Positions 18,269-26,931 of a DNA stretch of 64,000 nt are shown piece after piece. The stretch covers positions 224,001 to 288,000 of the forward strand of contig CAXXKT010000003.1 of assembly GCA_963662405.2 (NCBI GenBank). The letters are read 5' to 3'. The translations under genes were made by a program, and so were the position numbers. Origin of the DNA: Syntrophales bacterium. GTDB lineage: Bacteria > Desulfobacterota > Syntrophia > Syntrophales > UBA2210. A model generated the notes under the pieces. It was not told the origin of the DNA and did not search any database. It worked only from the letters and a program-made list of their open reading frames with translations. Position 1 is the stretch's first letter. Every line of letters begins with the position of its first letter.

Positions 18269-19669
18269 ATGAAGATAAAGACGATTTTGGTTGCCGATGA
18301 TGACGCGTCGATGAGGATGCTCCTTTCCGATTTCCTGCGGGAGTGCGGGTACCGGGTGGAGACCTCGGAGAGTGGCTCCGATGCCCTGAAAAAATTTCAG
18401 AAGGATCCCTGTGACATGGTTCTTACCGACATGAAAATGCCGGGGGGAGATGGGATAGAGGTCTTGCGGGGTATCAAGACGACCGCTTCCGAAGTCCCGG
18501 TTGTGGTCATGACCGCTTTCGGAACGGTCAATACCGCCGTTGAAGCGATGAAGGAAGGGGCGGAAGACTTCATCATGAAGCCCTTTTCGATGGATCATCT
18601 GGCCGCGGTGGTGAAGAGGATCATCTCCACGCAAAATGGGGGAGAAGGGGAAAAGGGGAGGGGGGAGCTTTGCTCAGGTTCTGTGTCCGGGACCAAGAGA
18701 ATCGTTACCCGGGATCAACGAATGACGAAGCTGCTGGAGATCTTGAGGGGGGTGTCCCGGAGTCGGTCGAGTGTCCTGATACAGGGTGAGAGCGGCACGG
18801 GGAAGGAATTGATTGCGCGTTACATACATCGCCACGGTGACCGGGCGCATATGCCCTTTGTGGGGGTCAATTGTGCTGCCATCCCGCATAATCTTCTCGA
18901 AAGTGAGATGTTCGGACATGAAAAAGGCGCCTTCACGGGTGCGGCACAGAGGAGACCGGGCAAATTCGAATTGGCCAACGGCGGAACGCTGCTCCTGGAT
19001 GAGATCGGTGAGATGGACTTGCAGCTTCAGGCAAAGCTCCTCCGGGTTATACAGGAATCCGAAATCGACAGATTGGGGGGAACCGCCCCGGTGCCCGTCG
19101 ATGTCAGGATCATTGCCACGACAAATGCCGATCTGAAAAAGTGCATGGAAGAAAAGACCTTTCGCGTCGATCTCTACTATCGTCTGAATGTCATACCGGT
19201 CACGGTTCCCCCTCTGCGTGAAAGGAGCGGGGACATACACCTTCTCACTGACCATTTTCTGAAAAAGTACAGCGGTCTTGCCGGGGTGGAGCCGCCCCCG
19301 GTTCCGGAGGAGATCGCCGGCATACTGGAAGGACATCAGTGGCCGGGCAATGTACGGGAACTGGAGCATGTAATCGAGCGCGCCGTCCTTCTCTCCGGTG
19401 GTGGTCCGATCCTTCCGGAGCATCTTTTCCTGGAAGGAGGAGCGATCAGCCGTCCGCCGGGAGCGACACCGAATCAAGATATCTCGGAGAGTACCACCCT
19501 GAGAGAGATGGAAAAGGATCTTATCTTCAGGACCCTGGAACGGGAAAACGGAAACCGGACCAGGGCGTCGGAAATCCTGGGTGTCAGCGTCAGGACCATC
19601 CGCAATAAGCTCAATGAGTACCGGAGGGAAACAGAGGGGCACGATCGGGAATCGATAGCCGGTCCATAA
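18269..19669 (+). CDS. sigma54-dependent response regulator (FlrC/FleR-like flagellar activator)
   Basis: Receiver domain (DDD, TDMKMP), GESGTGKE, GAFTGA, WPGNVREL, Fis-type HTH. Confidence 0.93.
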   Translation: MKIKTILVADDDASMRMLLSDFLRECGYRVETSESGSDALKKFQKDPCDMVLTDMKMPGGDGIEVLRGIKTTASEVPVVVMTAFGTVNTAVEAMKEGAEDFIMKPFSMDHLAAVVKRIISTQNGGEGEKGRGELCSGSVSGTKRIVTRDQRMTKLLEILRGVSRSRSSVLIQGESGTGKELIARYIHRHGDRAHMPFVGVNCAAIPHNLLESEMFGHEKGAFTGAAQRRPGKFELANGGTLLLDEIGEMDLQLQAKLLRVIQESEIDRLGGTAPVPVDVRIIATTNADLKKCMEEKTFRVDLYYRLNVIPVTVPPLRERSGDIHLLTDHFLKKYSGLAGVEPPPVPEEIAGILEGHQWPGNVRELEHVIERAVLLSGGGPILPEHLFLEGGAISRPPGATPNQDISESTTLREMEKDLIFRTLERENGNRTRASEILGVSVRTIRNKLNEYRRETEGHDRESIAGP

Positions 19670-19699
19670 GGGGAGCAACTCGTCTGTATCGTGTTTCTC

Positions 19700-19715
19700 T
19701 GGTACGGGCATTGCA
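19700..19715 (+). promoter_or_regulatory. sigma54 promoter of the flgB operon
   Basis: TGGTAC-GGGCA-TTGCA. Confidence 0.85.
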
Positions 19716-19753
19716 TGGAAAAGAACCATTACGGGAGACCAAGAGGAAGACAC

Positions 19754-20140
19754 ATGGAAGCACTTTTTGGAAAGACCGTCGATATGCTGTCTGCGGTTCT
19801 GGATTTTCGATCGGAACGGCATAAGGTGATCGCCTCGAATATCGTCAATATCGATACCCCGAACTACCGACCGCAGGATATCGTCTTCGGGGAGGAACTG
19901 AAAGAGGTGTTCGAGGCCGGAAAGGGGATGCACATGACCGGCGATGGCGGGAAGGGACACCTCTCCGGGAAGACCGTTGCCAAGGAGGGCAGTTATGAGA
20001 TTGTCGAGACCGGAGAGCAGGTCGATCTCGATGGTGAGATGGCGAAACTGGCGGAAAATAACCTGATGTATAATCTTGCCGTGGAGCTTTTGGCAAGAAA
20101 ATTCAAAGGTCTCAACACCGTTTTGAGGGAGGCTAAGTAA
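19754..20140 (+). CDS. flgB: proximal rod protein
   Basis: IASNIVNIDTPNY; VDLDGEMAKLAEN; start moved to ATG 19754. Confidence 0.93.
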   Translation: MEALFGKTVDMLSAVLDFRSERHKVIASNIVNIDTPNYRPQDIVFGEELKEVFEAGKGMHMTGDGGKGHLSGKTVAKEGSYEIVETGEQVDLDGEMAKLAENNLMYNLAVELLARKFKGLNTVLREAK

Positions 20141-20141
20141 A

Positions 20142-20555
20142 ATGGAATTTCTTTCGGCTTTTAAGGTCTGTGCATCGGGGCTCGCGGCCCAGAGAACGAA
20201 GATGGATGTCGTTGTCTCGAACCTCGCCAATGTCAACACGACACGGACGGCGGAGGGAGGGGCCTACAAGAGAAAGGTGGCCGTCTTCGCCTCGAAACCG
20301 GTCGAGGAGAGTTTTGACGATACCATGCAGATGGTCACGGTGGCTCATATCGCAGAGGATGCGGGGAGCGTCAAGAAGATCTTTGATCCGACCCACCCCG
20401 ATGCAAACGACAAGGGGATCGTGGAGATGCCCGACATCAACACGGTTACCGAGATGGCCGATATGCTGACGGCCAACAGGGCATATGAGGCCTGTGTCAC
20501 CGCCTTCGATGCGACGAAAAATATGGCACTCAAGACACTGGAACTGGGCAAGTAA
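20142..20555 (+). CDS. flgC: proximal rod protein
   Basis: NLANVNTTRT, DPTHPDA, EMADMLTANRAYEA. Confidence 0.96.
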   Translation: MEFLSAFKVCASGLAAQRTKMDVVVSNLANVNTTRTAEGGAYKRKVAVFASKPVEESFDDTMQMVTVAHIAEDAGSVKKIFDPTHPDANDKGIVEMPDINTVTEMADMLTANRAYEACVTAFDATKNMALKTLELGK

Positions 20556-20567
20556 GGGGGGCGTATC

Positions 20568-20870
20568 ATGAGTAACTTGTCGATTCAGGGCGGCCTGACA
20601 TCCTTTGCCTCAGAACTTTTCAAGGAAAACGAAGACGTCAAGGAAAAGGGGAACTCCTTTGGCGCTCTCCTGCGCAGCAAGGTTGAAGAAGTCAACCAGA
20701 TGAAACTGGATGCCGATAAAGCCGTTGAAAAGGTCGAACTCGGCAACTCGGGGAGCATCCATGAGGCGATGATCGCCCTGGAAAAGGCGGATATTTCCTT
20801 TCGGACGATGCTCCAGGTGAGAAACAGGATACTGGAAGCCTACCAAGAAGTCATGCGGATGCAGGTGTAA
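20568..20870 (+). CDS. fliE: hook-basal body protein
   Basis: QVRNRILEAYQEVMRMQV. Confidence 0.96.
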   Translation: MSNLSIQGGLTSFASELFKENEDVKEKGNSFGALLRSKVEEVNQMKLDADKAVEKVELGNSGSIHEAMIALEKADISFRTMLQVRNRILEAYQEVMRMQV

Positions 20871-20891
20871 TCCCTGCCTGGAGAGGATGGT

Positions 20892-22490
20892 ATGAGTTCA
20901 GCGATTCAGTTTTTTTCTCAATTGGGGAGGCTTTTTAGCGCTTTGACGCCCGGAAAACGGGTATCTCTTATCGGTGTCGCCATCGTTGTCCTGATCAGTA
21001 TCGGGATATTCGTTGTATCGGTCAATCAGAAGGAATACCGGACGCTCTTTTCCAACCTTTCCGCGGAAGATGCGGGGGGAATCGTTGCCCGGCTGCAGGA
21101 GAAGAAGATCCCGTACAAGGTGTCCCGTTCGGGTGATGCCGTTCTGGTTCCCGAAGAACACATCTCCGAATTGCGGATCGACCTGGCGGTCTCGGGGCTT
21201 CCCCGTGGTGGTGGGGTCGGCTTCGAGATATTTGACAACAAGAATTTCGGTGTCACCGACTTTGTGCAGCAACTCAACTACCAGCGGGCGCTTCAGGGGG
21301 AATTGACCCGTACGATCAACGGCCTGGATGAGGTCCAGCAGAGCAGGGTTCACATTGTCCTTCCACGGCAATCACTCTTTGTCGAGGAGCAGGAGCGCCC
21401 GACGGCATCCGTTATTATCAAGCCGCGGGCCGGGAGAAACCTTCGTCCATCGCAGGTAGAGGGAATCGTCGCTCTTGTTTCCAGCAGTGTCGAGGGGCTC
21501 CTCCCTGAAGGGGTCATGGTGGTGGACAGCAGCGGGAACATCCTGTCAACGGTCAGGGCCACCGACGAATCGTCCTTTTCGAAGCGGGCGTCTTCGCAGA
21601 TCGAATACCAAAGGGGGATAGAAAAAGACCTGGCCAACCGTATCCAGTCGATGCTGGGGAAGGTTGTCGGCGAGGGGAAGGTCGTGGCAAAGGTCTCGGC
21701 GGCACTCGATTTCAGTGTGGTGGAGAAGACGGAAGAGGCCTACGATCCCGAAGAACCGGTGGTGAGAAGCATGCGCCGCAAGAGTCAGAAATCAGGTGTT
21801 CCGGGGGCCTGGGGTGAGAGTACGGTTTCGCCCACGGGTGGAGGCGATGTATCCTCCCGGATGGGGCGCGAAGAGACGAACGAGGTGATCAACTATGAGA
21901 TAAACCGCGTTGTCAGCAAGACGGTCATGCCGGTGGGTGAGGTGGAAAAACTGTCCGTCGCCGTACTGGTGGATGGTATATACAGCAAGGATGACAAGGG
22001 GGGCGAAGAATTCCAGCCGCGGTCCGGGGAGGAACTCAAGACCCTTGAAATTCTCGTGAAGAAATCGGTCGGTTTTGATGCGGCGAGGGGGGACCAGGTC
22101 GCTGTCACCAGTATCCCGTTCAGGAAGCTGGATCTCGGCATGGATGGGTCCACCCCTCCCGAGGAAGGACTTCGGGCAATACTGTCTTCGGCCATACCGG
22201 CGATAAAGTATATGATATCACTGGTCGCCCTGTTGCTTGTCCTCTTTCTTGCCTTGCGTCCTTTGGTTAAGTCTCTCTCATCAGAGGGGGGCGGAGACGA
22301 TGCCGCGGTCAGGAGATTGCCCGCCGTGAGTGCCGGTGACGCCCAGTTGGAAAATACCGGTGCGTGGTTGGAGGGGGGTGCTGTAACGCCCGCGCTGAGC
22401 GATGGGCTCGATACGATAGAAGGTATGAGGAACCTGGCCGTCCAGGATGCCCGTCAGTTTGCCGATCTGTTGAAGGTGTGGCTCCGGTAA
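20892..22490 (+). CDS. fliF: MS-ring protein
   Basis: GFEIFD, NYQRALQGEL, RVHIVLP, two TM segments. Confidence 0.96.
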   Translation: MSSAIQFFSQLGRLFSALTPGKRVSLIGVAIVVLISIGIFVVSVNQKEYRTLFSNLSAEDAGGIVARLQEKKIPYKVSRSGDAVLVPEEHISELRIDLAVSGLPRGGGVGFEIFDNKNFGVTDFVQQLNYQRALQGELTRTINGLDEVQQSRVHIVLPRQSLFVEEQERPTASVIIKPRAGRNLRPSQVEGIVALVSSSVEGLLPEGVMVVDSSGNILSTVRATDESSFSKRASSQIEYQRGIEKDLANRIQSMLGKVVGEGKVVAKVSAALDFSVVEKTEEAYDPEEPVVRSMRRKSQKSGVPGAWGESTVSPTGGGDVSSRMGREETNEVINYEINRVVSKTVMPVGEVEKLSVAVLVDGIYSKDDKGGEEFQPRSGEELKTLEILVKKSVGFDAARGDQVAVTSIPFRKLDLGMDGSTPPEEGLRAILSSAIPAIKYMISLVALLLVLFLALRPLVKSLSSEGGGDDAAVRRLPAVSAGDAQLENTGAWLEGGAVTPALSDGLDTIEGMRNLAVQDARQFADLLKVWLR

Positions 22491-22568
22491 CATCGATACC
22501 AAACGCGGCTCCTTGGGAAGATATCCCCGAGATGAGCCGAATCACGACAAAGGAGATGAATCGCGGAT

Positions 22569-23573
22569 ATGACAAACCACGAGAAGGCGGCGCTGGTTCT
22601 GATGTCCCTGGGGGAGGAGGCGGCGGCCGGTGTCATGAAAAATCTCGGAGCGGATGAAATCAGGCGTGTCGGGAAATGCATGAATAACATGATGGGGGCA
22701 TCCCAGGAAGATATCGAATACGCCGCCAAGGAATTCAGCCTCCTTGTCAAGGGGGACATCCAGGGGATCCCGGCGAGCCAGGAGGCGTATGTACAGAATG
22801 TCATCGTCAAGGCCCTTGGGGAGAGTAAGGGAAGAGAATTTATCAAGGCCATCGAAGGGGAAAGCTTCCTGTCCAGCGGCGGACCGATCATTGAAAAACT
22901 GCGGAATGCCAATCCGAAAGTCCTGGCCGATTTTACCAAAACGGAGCATCCGCAGACAATCGCCTTGATCCTGTCCTATCTGAGGCCCGAACAGGTGGCT
23001 GATATCCTGGAGGATCTTCCTCCCGACCGCCAGCAGAACATAATCAAGAGGATTGCGACGTTGGGGAGCGTTCCCCGTGAGTTTCTCGAAGAAATGACGA
23101 AAACGCTCGAATCGGAAGTGATCAGTGGAGGGGACAGCGAAGATCATGCCGGTGGGGTCCAGGTGATAGCGGAGATCCTGAACCGAATGAGCAGAGAGTC
23201 TGAAAAGGTGATTCTTGAATCGCTTGAGGAGACCGATCCGGACCTGGTGAACGATATCAGAAACCGCATGTTCACCTTTGATGACATCTTTACCCTGGAT
23301 GATCGGGCCATGCGAATCCTCCTGGAAGAGGTGGATCGTGAAGATCTTCCCTGCGCTCTCAAGGTCGTCGATGATGAAACGAAAGAGAAGATCTTCAGTA
23401 ACCTCTCCAAGCGTGCCGCCGAGATGCTCAGGGAAGATATTTCTCTGATGCCCCCCATACGGCTGTCGGAGGTGGAGAAGAGCCAGCGGGCGATTATCGA
23501 CGTTGCAAAGAGGCTGGAGAACGAAGAGAAGATAACCCTGGCGAAGAGCGGAGCACCGGATGAATTCGTATAG
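22569..23573 (+). CDS. fliG: C-ring rotor protein
   Basis: EHPQTIALIL, MFTFDD, NLSKRAAEML. Confidence 0.96.
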   Translation: MTNHEKAALVLMSLGEEAAAGVMKNLGADEIRRVGKCMNNMMGASQEDIEYAAKEFSLLVKGDIQGIPASQEAYVQNVIVKALGESKGREFIKAIEGESFLSSGGPIIEKLRNANPKVLADFTKTEHPQTIALILSYLRPEQVADILEDLPPDRQQNIIKRIATLGSVPREFLEEMTKTLESEVISGGDSEDHAGGVQVIAEILNRMSRESEKVILESLEETDPDLVNDIRNRMFTFDDIFTLDDRAMRILLEEVDREDLPCALKVVDDETKEKIFSNLSKRAAEMLREDISLMPPIRLSEVEKSQRAIIDVAKRLENEEKITLAKSGAPDEFV

Positions 23574-24240
23574 TCGAATTATCAAGGCCCATGATGTCAA
23601 GTTGACGGACCTGCACGGGGAATCAGCGAACGGATTTGTGCGGGGTCTGGGCACCCCGCCTCCGCCGGCGGATGAAGAGAAGGAGAGAGAAAAGCGGCCG
23701 GAAGAGAAACCGGTCGTTTCAGCTGAAGAGATTGCCGGGAGGGAAGCGGCGGAGAGGAAGGCCGCGGAAAAAAAGGCCCATGATGGTTTGATCGAGGAAC
23801 TGGAACGAGACAGGCGCAGCCTGTCCGTGGCCTCGGAATCCGTCGCGAAACTGACGAAAGAAGTTGTGTCCTTTAAGGAAAAAATCTTGGCCGGTGCCGA
23901 AAGGGAGATACTCGACCTTGCCTTTTTGATAGCCGCAAAGGTGATACACAAGGAAGTGAGTATTGACGAAGAGGTCATCCTCTCCGTCCTGAGAGACGCG
24001 ATGAGAACCATGCGGGGAAGGGATGATATCAGGATCAGGATCAATCCCGAAGACTACCGGCATATAACGGAGACCAACCCTGATTTTCTCGGAAGTTACG
24101 GCGAGATCCTGATTGAGAGGGACGAAACGATCGGTCGCGGAGGGGCGGTACTCGAGACACAGGCGGGGGTAGTGGATGCCAGGCTGGATCGGCAGCTGGA
24201 TAAGGTCAGGGATACACTGTATGACGAACATCGATTTTAA
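23560..24240 (+). CDS. fliH: export ATPase regulator
   Basis: Between fliG and fliI; IRINPED, GGAVLET...VDARL. Confidence 0.88.
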   Translation: MNSYSRIIKAHDVKLTDLHGESANGFVRGLGTPPPPADEEKEREKRPEEKPVVSAEEIAGREAAERKAAEKKAHDGLIEELERDRRSLSVASESVAKLTKEVVSFKEKILAGAEREILDLAFLIAAKVIHKEVSIDEEVILSVLRDAMRTMRGRDDIRIRINPEDYRHITETNPDFLGSYGEILIERDETIGRGGAVLETQAGVVDARLDRQLDKVRDTLYDEHRF

Positions 24241-25549
24241 AAAGTATCAGAAGATCGTTGCCGGTATCAATCCGTTCAATTCCTATGGAAAGGTAAGCGG
24301 TGTTATCGGTCTTCTGGTGGAAGGGCACAATCCTGAGGCCTCCATCGGTGAGATGTGCCGGGTGTATCCGGATGGTGATGAAACACGCGAAACCGCCTCT
24401 CTCCCGGCGGAAGTGGTCGGGTTCAGGAAAGAAAACGTTCTTCTCATGCCCTTCGGCGATCTCGACGGCGTGGGGCCCGGTTGCAGGATCCTCTCCACGG
24501 GGAAAAAATCGAATGTCCGGGTGGGGAACGCGCTCCTGGGGCGGGTCATTGACGGTCGTGGTAACCCGATCGATGACGAAGGACCGATAGAGACGGAAAG
24601 CGAATACCCGGTGTATGCCGATCCGATCAATCCCCTGAAAAGGAGCCGGATAAAAGAGCCGATGGACCTTGGAATCAGGGCCGTCAATGGTCTGTTCAGT
24701 TGCGGCAAAGGTCAGAGAATGGGGATCTTTTCGGGATCAGGGGTCGGCAAGAGTGTCCTCCTCGGTATGATCGCCCGGAACACGAGGGCAGATATCAACG
24801 TGATCGGTCTTGTCGGTGAGCGGGGAAGAGAGGTCCGTGAATTCATCGAGAACAGCCTTGGAAAAGAGGGGCTGGCTCGCTCCGTTCTCGTCGTGGCCAC
24901 ATCCGACATGCACCCCCTGATCAGAATGCGGGCGGCGTATGTGGCGACCGCAATTGCCGAATATTTCAGAGATCAGGGGATGGATGTCCTTCTGATGGTC
25001 GACTCCCTGACCCGGTTTGCCATGGCCCAGCGGGAGGTTGGCCTCTCCGTGGGAGAGCCCCCGACGACGAAGGGATATACGCCGTCGGTTTTCAGCCTCA
25101 TGCCGAAGCTCTTGGAGCGTGCGGGGAGCGTTGAGGAAAACGGCAGTATCACCGGCCTGTATACGGTTCTTGTGGAGGGGGATGATTTTAATGAACCGGT
25201 CGCCGATGCGGCGCGTTCGATCCTGGACGGTCATATTACCCTTTCTCGCGATCTGGCCGCCCGCAATCATTACCCCGCGATCAATATCCTGAACAGCAGA
25301 AGCCGGGTCATGATCGATATCGTGGATAAAGATCATCGGAAGCGGGCCAGTGATGTCATCAATGCCGTGGCGACCTATCGAAAAGCGGAAGATATGATCA
25401 ATATCGGCGCCTATGTGGAAGGGAGCAATCCTGAGATAGATAAGGCGATCCGCATGAGGGAAAGGATCAATGCTTTTTTGATGCAGGATATCCATGAAAA
25501 GGTCGGTTTCGAGGAGGGGAGGGCACAGCTTCTCGCCCTCTTTGAGTGA
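24221..25549 (+). CDS. fliI: flagellar export ATPase
   Basis: Walker A GSGVGKS, GERGREV, DSLTRFAMAQRE; start moved to ATG 24221. Confidence 0.96.
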   Translation: MTNIDFKKYQKIVAGINPFNSYGKVSGVIGLLVEGHNPEASIGEMCRVYPDGDETRETASLPAEVVGFRKENVLLMPFGDLDGVGPGCRILSTGKKSNVRVGNALLGRVIDGRGNPIDDEGPIETESEYPVYADPINPLKRSRIKEPMDLGIRAVNGLFSCGKGQRMGIFSGSGVGKSVLLGMIARNTRADINVIGLVGERGREVREFIENSLGKEGLARSVLVVATSDMHPLIRMRAAYVATAIAEYFRDQGMDVLLMVDSLTRFAMAQREVGLSVGEPPTTKGYTPSVFSLMPKLLERAGSVEENGSITGLYTVLVEGDDFNEPVADAARSILDGHITLSRDLAARNHYPAINILNSRSRVMIDIVDKDHRKRASDVINAVATYRKAEDMINIGAYVEGSNPEIDKAIRMRERINAFLMQDIHEKVGFEEGRAQLLALFE

Positions 25550-25581
25550 GTACAGGGTGTATTTGTCCGAAGGGAGTATCT

Positions 25582-26046
25582 ATGTTTCACTTCAAGTTGC
25601 AGGCCGTTTTGGATTATCGAAAGCTCTTGGAAGAAAAGTTGATGTTTGAATGTGCGGAGGCCAAGAGACGCCTCGACGATGAGAAAGAGACATTACAGCG
25701 GATGCGCAGAGAGGTTTCGGACTTGGTCCTTCAGTTGAAATCCAGGGGCGAACGCCGGTTAAGCGCACCCGACGTTTCTTTTTACCTCTCCTACATTAAT
25801 CATTTGAAAGGAGAGGGCCGCCGTCAGGAAGGGGTTGTCTCCCGTATCGGTGAAAAACTGGAAAAGAAACGGATGGAACTTGCCGAAGCAGCGGGGAACA
25901 GAAGGGTCCTGGAGATCATGAGAGAGAAGCGGTTCCGGGAGTACAAGACATGCGTAAACGATAGAGAGCAGAAAGAGCTGGACGAGGCGGCAGTCTTGCG
26001 ATCCGGCGGGGGTGAATACCGTGAAGAAGCTGATTCGTACCTGTGA
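25582..26046 (+). CDS. fliJ: export protein
   Basis: MFHFKLQAVLDYR...EQKELDE; follows fliI. Confidence 0.9.
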   Translation: MFHFKLQAVLDYRKLLEEKLMFECAEAKRRLDDEKETLQRMRREVSDLVLQLKSRGERRLSAPDVSFYLSYINHLKGEGRRQEGVVSRIGEKLEKKRMELAEAAGNRRVLEIMREKRFREYKTCVNDREQKELDEAAVLRSGGGEYREEADSYL

Positions 26047-26623
26047 GATCTTGATCGCCATCCTTTTCCTGGCAAAGATTGCCGTGGTGGGAGGCGTTAT
26101 AACGAATTCAGAGATCCCCGGCTTGTTTCTTCCCGTTCGGCAGGCAGCGGCGGACTCGCAGGTCCCGCTCTCTTCCCCGGTTTCTCCGGTGAAAGATGTA
26201 TTCGAGGACGACCTGTCGGAAGAACGGAAACTCCTCTCTTCACTTCAGGCGCGGCAGGAGGGGCTCGATAAGCGTGAGGAGTTCCTGCGATCCGAGGAGA
26301 AGAGGCTCCAAAAACTGAAGGGAGAGATACTTTCAAAGATTGAGAAGCTGGAGGAAACAGAACACCGCCTGCAGGCACTTCTCGATGCGGCGGAACAGAT
26401 GAAGGCTGAAAAGTACCGGAGTATGGCGAAGGTGTACGAATCAGCCCCCCCTGCCCGGGCGGGCTCCATGTTGGAGAAACTCGACAGCCGGACGGCAGCG
26501 ACGATTATCATGAACATGAAAAGCAAATATGCCGGGGTAGTCCTGGGGTATATCGAGCCGAATAAATCCGTCGCAATCACCAAAGAGATTACCAAAGAGA
26601 CAACCAAAACCACGGCCCCATAA
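26021..26623 (+). CDS. MotE-family protein
   Basis: N-term TM, coiled coil, MAKVYESAPPARAGSMLEKL; usual position between fliJ and fliK. Confidence 0.75.
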   Translation: MKKLIRTCEILIAILFLAKIAVVGGVITNSEIPGLFLPVRQAAADSQVPLSSPVSPVKDVFEDDLSEERKLLSSLQARQEGLDKREEFLRSEEKRLQKLKGEILSKIEKLEETEHRLQALLDAAEQMKAEKYRSMAKVYESAPPARAGSMLEKLDSRTAATIIMNMKSKYAGVVLGYIEPNKSVAITKEITKETTKTTAP

Positions 26624-26778
26624 CCGAGGATCGGTCTCCTTCGATCCTTTTATTCTTCGCACGGATGAATAGGCATTTCTTGCGACTCACTCGGCAATCT
26701 TTGCCCAACCCCCTGGTCCTTTCCCGCCCACACCTTTGTAAGCCACTGATAATCAAAGATATTTATAGAAAGAATTGA

Positions 26779-26794
26779 TGGTATACCTCTTGCT
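26779..26794 (+). promoter_or_regulatory. sigma54 promoter of fliK-flgDE
   Basis: TGGTAT-ACCTC-TTGCT. Confidence 0.78.
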
Positions 26795-26931
26795 CTTCCC
26801 CCTTACAGGACAGTGAGCCCGGTCAGATGGCCGGTGATGTCTGTAAGGAGGAAGAGGGTGCCCAGAAGGATGAGGCACAGATCGACGAGATGATAATAAC
26901 CACCTAATCGTATACGGAGTGGGGTGTTTCG

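Noticed and set aside
18674..20239. Long antisense ORFs (521 aa here; also 22542-24044, 40192-41454, 16783-18030)
   Set aside because: Shadow frames opposite well-conserved genes, as expected in GC-rich coding DNA.
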